64,000 bases of DNA, taken from contig CM035361.1 in NCBI GenBank assembly GCA_020137815.1, forward strand, positions 4,650,001-4,714,000. Reading direction: 5' to 3'. Source of the DNA: Hormiphora californensis (Eukaryota; Animalia; Ctenophora). The notes beneath the pieces are model-generated. The model saw only the letters and a program-made list of their open reading frames with translations, made no database searches and had not been told where the DNA came from. The position numbers and the translations under genes are program-made. Every line of letters begins with the position of its first letter. Position 1 is the stretch's first letter. Shown piece after piece: positions 37,101-48,303 of this stretch.

Positions 37101-40100
37101 ATCAATTTGTTGAAGCTATATATTATATTTTCTACTAGCTGGAGTATATAAGCTACGTAATGTTTCTAAACCAATATATCAAAAGTCTTATAAGTACATA
37201 GTGCTAAATAGGACAGTACTATAATAGGTACTTAGGGAACCCCTCTCTCTCTCTCTCCCCCTCTCTCTCTGACTAATCAGATACAGCTGCCTCACCTTGG
37301 ATCATTGCTAGGTGGTGGACAAGTAACTCGATGCCACAACCTGTCAACTCAATTATTGAAGCATTTAGCAAAGTTTTTCTTTTTCCCCCGTCAATATTTA
37401 ACACCAATCAACGCGAACGGTGTTAGTACAATTCATTCAACTAGCACAGTTATTTATTTATTCCTTCAATGTCTCGTGGTCTAACAGATGTGTGTTCCTT
37501 TGTTTTTAACCCCTCCCCTCTCGTCACATGACCAGCCTTCCTTTGTTTTATATTTTCTAACCCACCCTGTCATATGACCACAGAAGCTTCTTATAAAAGC
37601 AACGGTGTGATGTTCGTTAACTATTACTACGTTATACTACCACTTAAAGAGGCCCTCTACTACTACAATCACCATGAGGATATTCCTGTTGATCGTTTTG
37701 GTTATTGGGGTTACACTGGCGACTAATGATGCGATCAAATGGATCTACTTGGAGAACAAGTCCGGGACTTCTGGCTCTGGAAACTATGTTGGAGTTCCTC
37801 GGATTATGAATTATGCCGACTGGAAGGGAACTGTGTGCAAGAAGGGGTTTGGACAGAATGAGGCTGACTTCCTGTGCCGCAAGATTGGCTTCCCTGGTGG
37901 GGGAACGTTCACAACCTACGGAGATCTTGAGGGAAAGTACCAGACTTCTACACATTTATGGCAAAACTACCCAGGAAAAATTACAATTACCAACTGTAAG
38001 GCAAACGCAGTGAGACTAAGTGATTGCAACTACCAATATGGCGGGTACTGTACAATAGACGACACTGTGGCCCTGAAGTGTAATCCCACGTGGGAGCTGG
38101 AGAAAGTGGAGTTAAAGAGGAACGTCAGCAGCACGGTTGTAAGTGGCAGCTACGGGACAGTGATCACCGCGATGAGAAATACTGCTGATGGATCCTTAAA
38201 AAGTGGCATGTATTACCGTGGTTATGACTACTCTCCATCCACTAGGGATTTCTTCTGCAGAAAGGCAGGCTATCCTCTTGGGGCCGAGGATCATGGAACA
38301 AACGAAAACAAACGGAATGAAAGCCTAGCGGAAGCATTCATTGGACGCCAATTTGCGTTCCCACGTGGTTGTAACTGCCCGGCAGGTACAAAGGATCTAT
38401 CAGAGTGCGGCAGGTCTTATAGACCTTTTACCTATAATACACGTACATGGGAGGAAGGGGAAGTTTTATTTTGTAGGACACCAGCGCCCACACCAGCACC
38501 CACACCAGCACCCACACCAGCACCCACACCAGCACCCACACCAGCACCCACACCAGCACCCACACCAGCACCCACACCAGCTCCCACACCAGCACCCACA
38601 CCAGCACCCACACCAGCTCCCACACCAGCACCCACACCAGCACCCACACCAGCACCCACACCAGCACCCACACCAGCACCCACACCAGCACCCACACCAG
38701 CTCCCACACCAGCACCCACACCAGCACCCACACCAGCACCCACACCAGCGCCCACACCAGCACCCACACCAGCACCCACACCAGCACCAGGGCCTTGGAA
38801 CTCGACGATAACCATAGAAACGGGACACGGGTTAAAATCAGCCAAGGGCACTGTCGTCCTTAAAAACCAGTACACCCTGAAGAAAAGCCTGATCTGTGGT
38901 AAAGACTTGGACCGACATACCGCTGATTTAATTTGTAGGGCAGCGGGACTCCGGTTTGCAGAAGCGATTGCGATCAACTACGAGATTTCTCACGACGACC
39001 GATTGGATTGCTCTTACGTCAGGGAGAATGGCATCCAGCCGATACTGACAAATGTAAGCTGCCCCCGTAACGCTTCCTCCCTTGACTCCTGTTCTACAAG
39101 CCCAGTTGATGGTGGAGTGTGTGATGCAGACAGTGGACTACACTTGACCTGCACAGACGACATCCCTCCTTCCTCCGTGTGGGATCTAGTTGATATAACA
39201 CTGGCCAGGAACCCAGGAGGAGGCCACATGCCGGAGAATGTTGTTTGGAATGGAAACTTTGGGACAGCCATCGCAACCTTGCACAGCCGTGAGAATGGAA
39301 CCTTCCTGACAGGTCTGGTACCTGTCAGTGCCATGATACAAGGGAGCCCCTACTGCAACACCCAAGCCATGTGCCAGTCCATCTTGGATGCCTCGACCAG
39401 CTTCGCTGACTACAGGAGCACAGGAGAACTTGAGGAAAGTCACGGGAAAGGTCTCTCCTGTGGGTACATCATCAGTAATGATGTCAACTTCCTGCCTGTA
39501 ACCAGTATAGATTGTGGTTGTGGAGCCGATGTCAGTATTGAGGACTGCAGGGATATCGTCGTTTCACCAGAAACCCTACTTAGTGATCCTAAGGAGGCAC
39601 TCTGGGTTAACTGCTACTAGAGGAGATCAAGCAAACATTTTAAATTTCCAAAACCATTTTGAAATAATTTGATCAAAAGTCTAGTTTATCTTATTTTTCC
39701 GAAACACAGTTACAACCGGTTTGGTATTGAAAGCTATCTTGACTGATCCTGCATGTAATACAAGTGTAGACTGTATGTGTATGTGCGTGTACAACTTGTA
39801 CGAATTGTGTTCCTGCAGAAACCCTTGGTCATCTTCAGCTTCCCTTTTCCCTCATCAGAATGTCGCTCGGCAATTTCCGCATTCGCTCGGGAGACGGCTC
39901 GGGAACAACAGGTGGTTTGCCGAGCCATGCGGCCTTGTGCGGTAAGTTTTCGGCGACCTCCTTGACTCTCCGAACCACTGGTTCGGCAAACCACCTGTTG
40001 TTACCGAACCAATCACCGAGCCAATGCAGAAATTGCCGAGCGACATTCTGATGGGGGTTCCTGTACTCATTTCTCTTTTCCCTTGGTCAACTCCCTTTTC

Positions 40101-43098
40101 CCTTGGTCAACTCCCTTTTCCCTTGGTCAACCGACCCTACTAGATGTCGTTGTCGGACATTTTGGATGTTCAATTTGAGCTTAGGAAAGATATAAATGAG
40201 GATTTGAGCCATTTCCACCGAAAATTGGCCGAATTTGAGGCAAAAACTGTTTTCCTAGCTATTTGAAACAGTTTTTGGAAAAATTCACTGCACCAAGCAC
40301 GTGCAACAAAATTCAGATTTCAGACATGAAATGGCTCTGTACAAGCCTTTTCTAACTATTCCATGTCAAAAATTTCGGTTTCGTGGACGACTTGAGGGAG
40401 ATACGCGGGTGTTTCAAATTTGCAGACTGAGGCGGGCTAATTGAAACACCAAATTTGGATAGATATCACGTGGTCCTGACCCCTGAAGACAAAATAAGAC
40501 ATCTCAAACCACCCCAGAAATTGCCCAGGGACTGCCTCGGTACCGTAAGGTCAAAAATGTTTGGCTTTGACTTGATTTGTGGATACTGGACACACAAGGG
40601 AAAAAAGTTAAAAATTGTTTCAATAGCCAGTGGCTACCCTACTCCCCATCACCACACCACGCTTTTCTACTTTATAGAAGAACTGGGGCGATCGATAGCC
40701 CCAGTTCTTTTACGAAGATCGTAAATCTAGAGAAAACTCGATTCCCTGTCCACGTGCTGGTGATTGTGCGACGTAGAAAACTCAACAATACACCACCGAA
40801 TCAGCAGGAACGCGCCAACCACCAATCTACACGTGAAATATCCACCCAATCTCCCCATCAATCCCCTTGCCCACCAACCATAACAAACCCTCAATTTGCA
40901 CGTGTATTTGCATTTAGTATAGTAACTCAAAGAGACCGTGTCTCTGAGACCCCACATTCTAATATCAGCTAAACCTTACCAAGAAATAGTTGCAATTATT
41001 TCTTGGTAGGGAAATGTCAATCAGTTAGTTAGTTAGTTAATACCCTCCGTAGGTTACTGATAGTCAGTACTGGCGGTGAGTTGTCCCAGGAGAGCGTATT
41101 GAAAGAAGCCTCAATTTTACTTGATATGGGACGGAAAACGGAAGCTTTGGCGCTGGCAAGGTCCCTCAGTCCTGGGTGTAAATTCAGAGCTACAGAACTC
41201 TCGCTGTTTCTCTGTGAAATTAACATTGCCGTTTACCCAGAGGTAATAGAAACAAAAAAGAAATATAAACTGGAGATTAGTCAAAAGATCTGACTGGTGT
41301 GTGTGAGATTTCAATCTGTGTGCGACGTCTTTAGATAGGCTTGGAGATATACTTAGATCTCGAGAAACTGTCCGACTTTGACTCATTTCACAGGTTCTGG
41401 CAACGCTTGAGTCATGTACTTCTCTCTTGGTTTCATCTTTTACTCAATCCTTATACAAGCGATATCTCCGAGTGATTCATCTCTTTACCCAACATTTGAC
41501 TAAGTTCTACATTTCCACTGGACTCCCTAGCAACCAGGTTTGGATCTAAGGGAGTCCAAACTTTGTTGCTTAGCAACAACGTTTGGACTCCCTTAGCACC
41601 ATCAGTTTTTACACTTAGCAACAGTTTAAAATGTATTTGTACAATGTACTGCATGCTAATGTACTTATAATCTAGGTTGAGACCCTGCACCGTTGGATAC
41701 AGTTCCTAGAATCCCGAGGGGAGGTGGGTCCTGGAACACTGGACACCCTGATCACCCAGCACCACGACATGTGTGTGAGACCCGGGCACACCAATCGGAG
41801 ACTATCAATAGCCGCCAGGGGAGTCCTTAGTGCAAGGTTTGGAGCTGTTTTAATGTTTGTTGTAAATCGAATTGTTATGGGACACCCGATTTTCTGGAAA
41901 AACTGTCCCCGGCAGTATTTATTAATTATGTTATTAATTATGCTGCTAATTGTGTTATAATAATTAATTAACATCGCTTTATTTTCAGTAAAAGGAAAAG
42001 TACAGTAGTGTCGCCAGGGCTCCATCATCAAACTAACAGATCTAGCCCAGTTCTCAACACAAGCTCCGTGAGTATGATCGTAGTTTTTGTTTATACAGGG
42101 TGTTCGTTTTGGATCTTTACAAGCGTTGGCCTTCACCCAGAAAAAATTTGACAAGATCAGGTCATGAAACTTCATACTTGGACTATTCTATACCCTCATT
42201 CAAGGTTCCTGGGGGTTTTGGAGCTCTAGCACCCCGAGAAGTGTGTTTTCGGCATCAAAACTACCAGAAGGAATTTTTTGCTGGTGCTGAGACTTTGCTA
42301 AAATGTTTTTTGGGTATTTTCTATGTCAATCCTAAAGTTTCATAGAGATTGGATGTGTTTTCGGACTCAAAATTTCGATAAAAGTGGCTGGAAAGGCTCG
42401 AAAACAGCTCAAAAACGGCTAAAATTGAGTCTTTTCAGCCACTTTTTACGAAATTTTGAGTCTGAAAATCACATCCAATCTCTATGAAACTTTAGGATTG
42501 ACATAGAAAATACCCAAAAAACATTTTAGCAAAGTCTCAGCACCAGCAAAAAATTTCTTCTGGTAGTTTTGATGCCAAAAACACACTTCCCGGGGTCCTA
42601 AAGCTCCAAAACCCCCAGGAACCTTGAATGAGGGTATAGAATAGTCCAAGCATGAAGTTTCATGACCTGATCTTGTCAACTTTTTTCTGGGTGAAGCCCA
42701 ACGCTTGTAAAGATCCAAAATGAACACCCTGTATAACTTTGAAGTTTTCGTTTTGAACGTTAGGAAATCAAGGAAGATTATAATCCTACCAGGAACTGAC
42801 TGAATCAGGAAATACTGGTCCCTGATTGGCTGATAACCAGTCACGTGACATAAATAAAGAGCTCTGATTGGTTGTTTACTTGGTTCGGTCGGTTCCTGAT
42901 TATAATCCTACAAATATCTTTCAGTCAGGGGAGTCACCGCCCCCTTCGCAACCCACTGGGGGGAGATCTGGTAGGAGGGTGAGTGTGGTAGCACAGCCAC
43001 GACTAGCTGGGAGAACTAGCGTGTTCGCTTTAGCTTCCCGGACAACAGCCGGAGGGAAAACTCTTACAACAACTTTCGAATCGGAAAAAGAGGCTTAA
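25147..43098 (+). CDS. TPR-like helical repeat protein (5' end unresolved, probably upstream of 24850)
   Basis: Phase-consistent GT-AG exons 25147-25171, 25239-25272, 26447-26550, 26723-26886, 27859-27962, 28092-28228, 34640-34783, 41053-41242, 41335-41415, (41460-41537), 41676-41836, 41989-42067, 42925-43098. TPR-like peptides include [49 protein letters not shown] and [21 protein letters not shown]. Confidence 0.72.
25280..25374. mobile_element. MITE family A (internally deleted)
   Basis: Exact TSD GGTACTAT, which overlaps the donor site at 25273. Confidence 0.88.
25581..26410 (-). mobile_element. 5'-truncated L2/CR1-group LINE
   Basis: ORF2 C-terminus ([16 protein letters not shown]...[23 protein letters not shown]), 3'-UTR and (TTA)n tail; flanked by duplicated TGTTCATAATAAT. 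Confidence 0.9.
27017..27656 (+). mobile_element. Helentron-associated (HINE/DINE-1-like) non-autonomous element
   Basis: subTIRs TTCCCTGCCC (27021) and GGGCAGGGAA (27610), (GTCC)n microsatellite, 3' hairpin GCATTATG-AATA-CATAATGC, terminal CTTGTT. Confidence 0.7.
28635..30878 (+). pseudogene. LINE ORF1 (coiled coil + RRM-like), interrupted by a foldback element
   Basis: Joining 28635-28812 to 30301-30878 restores a 251-aa frame (...[28 protein letters not shown]...[13 protein letters not shown]). Confidence 0.85.
28813..30291. mobile_element. MULE-like foldback element with ~570-bp TIRs
   Basis: GGCAATTTCTGATTTGCCGCATACGG...; exact 9-bp TSD GTCAGCAGC (28804-28812, 30292-30300); arms rich in GTCTAGACGG. 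Confidence 0.93.
31054..34266 (+). CDS. LINE ORF2: AP endonuclease + reverse transcriptase
   Basis: ETWL, GDLNFP, SDH endonuclease motifs; [26 protein letters not shown] motifs. True start codon uncertain. Confidence 0.96.
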   Translation: MTHLSIFNPTNNHSLSLHYCMSVMFSSCADVEVWAVAVLLWRSTISRLVCVSVSYYVSGISITLLVVSNPSIVNPGPRKLKVIFANVQGLVSPGHVGSADPPLNMAKVYEIQDYVYRNDIDIVIFNETWLKSKIDSSLVFPRNYKVFRQDRTGYTHPRDPNNPLKFRENGGGVLIAHRENIDVTSVRFSGVRARAELLTISLSFSSGKKLCVSTFYRVGNLSEDNFLQFKEHFNAIFSRRNVCKHVLVGDLNFPGVDWPLSYPRTGIEDSFLRYLLDDLGHSQMINTPTHIGGRILDLCFTNDPECVNNFDILDSDVLCSSDHFPFTFNINMDVKNVKEDRRKVLLFDKGDFESICADLSAINWTNVFTGDMEYNVSAFNSIITSLIEKYIPTKLVKNIVLPIWWSSECENARTRKENLRKRYKSSGLKSDYDNFSAARSYFKNVCDSRSRNCLDIDDTDNISKKFWRQVKVNSKSTRIPNIVNDGVVFKSDSEGQSNLFNQHFVSNFSSPSNYNIEETVENIFDAGDLASYEFSGSEIHSVLSALNARKGPGPDGIHSIVFKKCAGVLAYPLSLLYNQAYFTSDLPSIWRSANVVPVHKSGDKRDVRNYRPISLTCIAMKVFERMMSNRLLDLCFDKIDRRQHGFLPGRSCLSQMISFTDTLFQTDNNRLTTDIIYTDYKKAFDSVSHDIILEKLTSKFGITGKLLGLIRVYLMGRTQRVAVGGSLSSPLAVASGVPQGSIIGPLLFVLFMNDVYDCLEGDCECLVYADDVKLFNKITSFRDHLDLQLSIDNLYRWSVDNKMTLHPLKCKVVSICSSRCVQTWGQLPFFYMNYTLNGVDLIGVDSQRDLGVFVSQDLSWKYHIDFILQQFTDRFNMLRRTVHFIKNIHQRRILYLSLVRSLLEHCPQVWAPTQVGLRVKLEAAQKRAIKWVYCVNPIVSWSEEIYYLNLSNISILPIHLHFLFNDLKLFYKVISGIINLDLPPYLFLKSPTDISYRTRANRDIIDLVDFTTVGCTVQPLSAAFRNSFFVRTYPKWNELPVEIRQSSSLDIFSIGLKTRLFKSITPPAPP
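35373..36536 (+). CDS. Papain-family (C1A, cathepsin L-like) cysteine protease with C-terminal ShK-like domain, intronless
   Basis: Signal peptide, I29-like prodomain, [17 protein letters not shown]; six-Cys tail [10 protein letters not shown]...C...CRKYCTKC; AATAAA near 36682. Confidence 0.95.
   Translation: MKFLIVLLIALAHAKDDGLKTILQSPTKTLELYKKFKGEQHLQFSSAEEGMRFRLFKLSAHFVASENDVEGETAHFALNMFSTMAEAEKQSYLGLNVTGHENDNDDVADDLLAEGVSAPSEKLWTNEGKVTPVKNQGSCGSCWTYGAVGGLETRYATKTGVLRNFAEQEYLDCVYSTRNGCNGGWPDDCYTYSARYGRLAPSSSYSYRGYDSTCKRNFHNDGLVAATINGKISVGVSESQNIAALAHGSLSMAFQATTRFLSYSGGILSDNTCTGRANHAVTGVGYTSEYILVKNSWGSSWGDRGFVKFARGYPSDCKLFAHSSYPALSSTGYPDSGSDAATTYNPKPCENTVSGELCRQYDDAYNYCKYDWFKEDYCRKYCTKCSD
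37674..39620 (+). CDS. Secreted SRCR-like protein with central (PAPT)n linker, intronless
   Basis: Signal peptide; SRCR-like motifs [24 protein letters not shown] and [19 protein letters not shown]...NVSC...SLDSC; TATAAAA near 37592. Confidence 0.88.
   Translation: MRIFLLIVLVIGVTLATNDAIKWIYLENKSGTSGSGNYVGVPRIMNYADWKGTVCKKGFGQNEADFLCRKIGFPGGGTFTTYGDLEGKYQTSTHLWQNYPGKITITNCKANAVRLSDCNYQYGGYCTIDDTVALKCNPTWELEKVELKRNVSSTVVSGSYGTVITAMRNTADGSLKSGMYYRGYDYSPSTRDFFCRKAGYPLGAEDHGTNENKRNESLAEAFIGRQFAFPRGCNCPAGTKDLSECGRSYRPFTYNTRTWEEGEVLFCRTPAPTPAPTPAPTPAPTPAPTPAPTPAPTPAPTPAPTPAPTPAPTPAPTPAPTPAPTPAPTPAPTPAPTPAPTPAPTPAPTPAPTPAPTPAPTPAPTPAPTPAPGPWNSTITIETGHGLKSAKGTVVLKNQYTLKKSLICGKDLDRHTADLICRAAGLRFAEAIAINYEISHDDRLDCSYVRENGIQPILTNVSCPRNASSLDSCSTSPVDGGVCDADSGLHLTCTDDIPPSSVWDLVDITLARNPGGGHMPENVVWNGNFGTAIATLHSRENGTFLTGLVPVSAMIQGSPYCNTQAMCQSILDASTSFADYRSTGELEESHGKGLSCGYIISNDVNFLPVTSIDCGCGADVSIEDCRDIVVSPETLLSDPKEALWVNCY
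38478..38788 (+). repeat. Coding 12-bp tandem repeat, about 26 copies
   Basis: (ACACCAGCACCC)n encoding TPAP. Confidence 0.95.
39849..40057. mobile_element. Palindromic MITE with CCC...GGG termini
   Basis: CCC(T/C)CATCAGAATGTCGCTCGGCAATTTC TIR. Confidence 0.75.
42096..42731. mobile_element. Tc1/mariner-type foldback MITE
   Basis: CAGGGTGTTC...GAACACCCTG, TA TSD, ~310-bp arms. Confidence 0.9.
42790..42898. mobile_element. MITE family A
   Basis: Flanked by a 13-bp direct repeat ATTATAATCCTAC. Confidence 0.88.
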
Positions 43099-43445
43099 TA
43101 TGGACATATTTGGTATTGTGAGATTGTTAGTTTGTTATTTTAGTTTTTTGTTTAGTTTTGACCGAAACAAAAGATTTTTATTGGGCTCTCAAACCATTAT
43201 ATAGAACTGCACTGTCCTAATTCATAACATAACACATGTTCTTAAACTTCGATACAATCAAATTCCTGGGTTTTTTCTACCCCATCCAAGATACTGAAAT
43301 ACATAATATGCAAGATATCACCAAGTGATTGCAGCCCGTAGGGTCCCCCAACAGATCAAATCAAATCAAAAACAGTCCATGAAGTGTAATCTTAGTGTAT
43401 ACCACTTGAGTTGGCTGATACGGTAGTCCATGCAGCGCTTCACAT

Positions 43446-43556
43446 CAGGCAACCGACCGAAACAAGTAAACAACCAATCAGAACTCGTTATTTAGGTCAA
43501 AGTGACTGGTTATCAGCCAATCAGGGACAAGTATTTCCTGATTCGGTCGGTTCCTG
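43446..43556. mobile_element. MITE family A in the NPC2 3' region
   Basis: Same internal sequence as other copies; imperfect TSD. Confidence 0.85.
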
Positions 43557-43564
43557 CTCACATT

Positions 43565-44786
43565 TCAAGATACCACCACCACGGGTATATCGACACAAAC
43601 GAGCATGGAGCCAGTTGTAGAGTCCTTGAGCTTCCATCTGGACACCAGTTTAATTGCTGGGTAGGAAGGCTGAACGTTGAGAGACTGAAAAACGGTTGTA
43701 GGTTAATCGGGTAAAAATTTGTTTTATCCTCCCGAATAGATCTAGGTTATATGGAGTATACGGACTTGAAATTATATTTTTTTCTCTACTTTTACTAGAG
43801 TCTCTGCTGTGAGGCCAATGCTCTGACAAAGTCTCTGAGTAAAAATAAATATTTCAATTTTCAATCAAACCTCTGTGAACGTGGCAGTTGTCCCCGAGGC
43901 AACTGGACATACGTTCCCACAGGCGACACAACCATCACTGAAATTGTGGGGTATTCGTGTCATGATTGGGAAGATTCTTGTTCTTATGACCCTCCTTTAC
44001 TGCAAATGTAAAGAGGGTCGGGCAAGGCAAAAAGATTCATTACATCATCAATGTTCCCAAAAACTCAGTTTTTGACTAACGGTTGGGGTAAAGGGAAGAC
44101 ATAACACGACACATAATGCCCTAATATGGACATAACGTGACACATAATGCCCTAATATGGACACGATACTAACGGTTGGGGTAAAGGGAAGGGGACGGGT
44201 ATTCCAGCAATAACTCCAGCAAGACTGGCCTTCATTGACGTGACAGCCACCTTAGATTTAAAGGTTACATTGATATCGTAACTGTGTCCTAGGAAAGTTA
44301 TAAGTTTTAGACTGATATCAATTAGCAAACTCTTAGATGACATCTCTTATCAGAACTTTATTTCATTTTGGATTTCACTTCATGAAAAACATCCTGAAAG
44401 CTGAGTTTCAATTCCTACATCTCTGTCTCTGCTCTCTATAATTGTAGCATACGGTGTGTATGTAACTATAACCTATCATACCTTCATGGCAGGAACCGAC
44501 CGAAACAAGTAAACAACCAATCAGAACTCGTTATTTAGGTCACGTGACTGGTTATCAGCCAATTGCAGGGACCAGTATTTCCTGATTCGGTCGGTTCCTG
44601 CTTCATGGTAGAGTGAGTAACTTTACCTTTTCGAGCTTTGCAAACAGGATCAGTGCAAGCTTTACTGAAAACTTTGATTATCTCTCCAGAGCTGCTGCCA
44701 CAGTCCTTGAAAGTTAGGTCAACTGCAGAAACAACTGCAGCCAAGGCGAGAAGGAGAAGAATTGAGCGCTGTAGAATAATCATCAT
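43565..44786 (-). CDS. NPC2: NPC2-like sterol-binding ML-domain protein
   Basis: Exons 44786-44627, 44288-44174, 43937-43871, 43684-43565: signal peptide, FKDCGS, GIPVPFPLPQPDGC, YPAIKLVSRWKL, CVDIPV. Confidence 0.92.
44490..44600. mobile_element. MITE family A
   Basis: Exact TSD CTTCATGG. Confidence 0.92.
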
Positions 44787-45098
44787 GAACTATATAATAT
44801 CTGCATGGAAATTGAAAACGATAGTGCATTAATTTGCTTGAAATGGAAAGTAAACGATTTCAAATACTAAAATGAAAATCAATTTCGAGAAGAAAAGTTT
44901 CAATTTACCATTGCCATTGGCAGAGTGTGTACCACTATCTAAATTTAAGGCCAATATATCGGCCGACCCCCCCCCCCCATTTCGGTGGAAGGTATGTTTC
45001 TTTATCGCGGTATATCGTGGCCCCAGAATCACCCCACTGCACTGCTGCAGGAGAAATTACAGTTGTGGAGAAACGAATGGAATGTTTATGGTGATATG

Positions 45099-45206
45099 CA
45101 GGAACCGACCGAAACAAGTAACAACCAATCAGAACTCGTTATTTAGCTCACGTGACTAGTTATCAGCCAATCAGGGACCAGTATTTCCTGATTCGGTCTG
45201 TTCCTA
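45099..45206. mobile_element. MITE family A
   Basis: Exact TSD GTGATATG. Confidence 0.9.
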
Positions 45207-45697
45207 GTGATATGTATGTCAAAAGTACAAGTTTAGATAAAAATCAAAGACATCCGTTTTTAAATGCAATGTCAAAATTTTAAATTAAAATCACATTAAA
45301 TTTCAAATTGATAAATAGAGTTTAGTACTAAAAATATCCTCTTTTCGAGATTATTTTGCAATACAGAAAGTAAGCTCACCGATTTAAATATGCGTGTTCT
45401 GAAATTCTGCAATAATTTACTAAATACTTTAATTGGTAGATCATTCCTTCAGGCAATACACTTTTCATCACTCGTTCTTTAATTTCTCGGGCGTCCTTTT
45501 CTGATAGATTTATTTACACAATTCATATAGTTTTATTTAGATGGCATCTAGCCTATATCATATCATTTAAAATATTATTAAGTCCTATTTATTGTAATTT
45601 ATCATATCTGTGCTAAAACCGAACTGTTTTTTCGTCCCATAGCTAGGAATCGAAGAAAGGAAGTTTCAATTTCTATATTTCTAAAATCTAAACATTG

Positions 45698-48303
45698 CTA
45701 TCTGAATCCATCTAACACCGCAAAAGGGTCGTCCATAAGGGATAGGTCGTCCTCCATACAACTGCATTCAGTGACAACCATGATTGCTCGGTAGCTGTTG
45801 GGAGAAAGTAATTGATTAGTAATTAACTTGTTGGGAGGAAGTAGTTAACCTGTAATTAACTTGTTGGGAAAAAGTAATTTTTTATCAATCAATTAATCAT
45901 TTATAGCATATATTTGAAGTATGACAAACTTGAACCAATGAACCACTGATAAGTTTATTAAACTTTTTGACTAGCCTTGGCAAGCTCTAGGTTACTCTGT
46001 CGAGCACTTTCGCTGCAGCATAGCATCTCTTTACAGATCAAGAAAAGAAGTTTACACACTCACTGTAGTTTGGTGGACCCTAATATGGGCATATAAACTC
46101 ACTGTAGTTTGGTGGATCTCCTAATATGGACATATAAACTCACTGTAATTTGGTGGATCTCCTAATATGGGCATATAAACTCACTGTAGTTTAGTGGATC
46201 CTGGACAGATGAATCTCTCCGTGGAGACATGCCAGGAAGTTGGTTTGTTTGCAGAGCCAACATCACACAACTCCGTGCAGCGGGTGTGGGGGATAGTGGT
46301 TACTGACTTGCACTCATCTACTATCAGGTAGGTGTTCACCTGGAGAGGGGGTCAAGGTTAGTCCAATTGTTGAGTAACCAGTGGTTACCAGTGGTTACTA
46401 GTGGACTAAGTTAGTCCATGATACCCCTTACTTAGTCCTTAAGATACAGATGTGATATTATTTTCAATTTTAGCACTGGCACGATTTCAAATCGTATATA
46501 AATTTAGAAAACTATAAAAAACATAGACATAAATATTGGCAGTAAAACTACTATTGTAGGAAAAGAATTTTGTAGTCTTTTTGGCGCTCGAATTAAAGGT
46601 ATCTTAAAATTGCAGCTGTATTAAGTACTGCCAATATAAAAGTATTTAATAGGCAGCAAGTTATCGTGTAAGTGCATGTGTGTGTTTTGCACCTCCCATG
46701 GATAAAAGTATAAAATATTATTGGCAGAAGGCAGTGCGAAGCTTATACAAGAGGCTATGTACATAATCATGACTTACTTGAGCGTTTCTATTTGTAAGTG
46801 GATCAAAGACTACGTCACAATCTCGAACGTTACAGTAGGCAGATTCAGCAATTTCCTCCCCGCATTTCCTTCTCTCTCGGTAGGGTAGTGAGAACTCTAA
46901 ATACCTGTAAAATATAAATGAAGTCTTTCACCTGGGTCTGTAAAAAGTTCACCCCTTACTCAACAAGTAAGAATTGGTGATCATAAACAATTGTTACCCA
47001 ACAATTTCAAGAAGGTTCATTTTTGAGTCAAAAGGTTCCATTTCTATTGATTAAACATAAGAACACTCTTGTTTTCTACCTATTCATGGTCCCAGGGCCG
47101 CATTCAGAGGAGCATTCCGTCCAATCGCTCCACGTTGCTGACGAGTGGCAATCTAAGATAGGATTAGGTTTTAGAGAACAAGTATCATGCTGCCAGAGCA
47201 ACCCCAATGAACCGCACCAACCCCTTGGTGACATAGACACCTGTTTAGCATTGTTCTAACCCTCCCTTTACATACACAAAGTATAGCTACTGCTAGGCAA
47301 TTACCTGTTGGGCATTGTTCCCCAGATGGCAGGACCCCATTGTTGTAGGAAACTCGGAGAAGAGTGGCAGTTTCAAGCTGGGAAATGGGAGCAAACCCAT
47401 CAAATCCGGATCCCGCGTGAACACTGAAAGATGGATTCTGTTTACTCCAAACAGAACAAATACATTAATTGTTAATTACAGATTAAATATAATCGGATAT
47501 TTGATATTATGTGTAGTCGCATGACAGACAGCGATTAGTTTCCGCCGAAAAGAGTTTAATCTTATCTCTGTCTCAGTAACAAAAGAGTTGGCATATTTAC
47601 CCGAAGGATCCATCCTCATATCGTGTGAGAAAGAACGCTAACTTTGCTCCCTTTTCTAAGTTCCTATAGCAGTTGCCTCCTGAACAAATGCTAAATGTCA
47701 AAGGTGGCCAGTAATTGTTTTCTTCAAAAGAATCATAAAAAATTATATTTTATTAATTTTAAATTAACTTACGTCCGCTGAAGTAGGCCGTTTCCACGCT
47801 AATTATCTCCGATGTGACTGGTCCTTTGAATCGACACAGCACTGACACCGTCAAAACTAATTTATATGAACTCTCCCTGCAAAGTATCCAGTCAAAAAGG
47901 GATACAAATTTTTTTTCTTTTCTTGTTTAGCCTTATTTATCTATTTTAGCTATTTCTGTAAAGCTTATGGTATTCACCAAATAGCAAGAACGCGAACGAT
48001 TGAGTAACGTAAATGATACCTTCCATCGAAGTGTGAGAGAGGGACAGATCAGGGTCGGGCAAGGCAAACGCTTACTCTCGTTAAAAAGTTTCTTACTAAA
48101 GCGTTTCTTAAAAAACGAGAGTAAGGTATATCATTTATTTCTCACCTATGAGTAGCAATGATTTCCCCATACACAACAGAGTCAAGGTAAGAGTTACTGT
48201 TAGTTAGTTGCTGAAGGGTCGGAACGGTGCAGGATTTAGCCGCAGAGAGGGAGGGGAGGACAAGGAAGAGAGTTATGAGGTATGATCCTAGGTTTATCAT
48301 CAT
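45698..48303 (-). CDS. Secreted 303-aa protein: NtA/NTR-like + TSP1 + CT cystine-knot-like domains
   Basis: Exons 48303-48146, 47876-47773, 47679-47601, 47423-47305, 47152-47080, 46904-46778, 46339-46185, 45794-45698 are all in phase. Motifs: DSVVYGEI...VSVLCRFKG; WSDWTECSSECGPG...CNVRDC; ECKS...FICPG...MVVTECSC. Confidence 0.85.

Noticed and set aside
38341-38977. HQHP, VWVL, GAGV and WCGC repeat ORFs
   Set aside because: Alternative frames and strands of the PAPT repeat.
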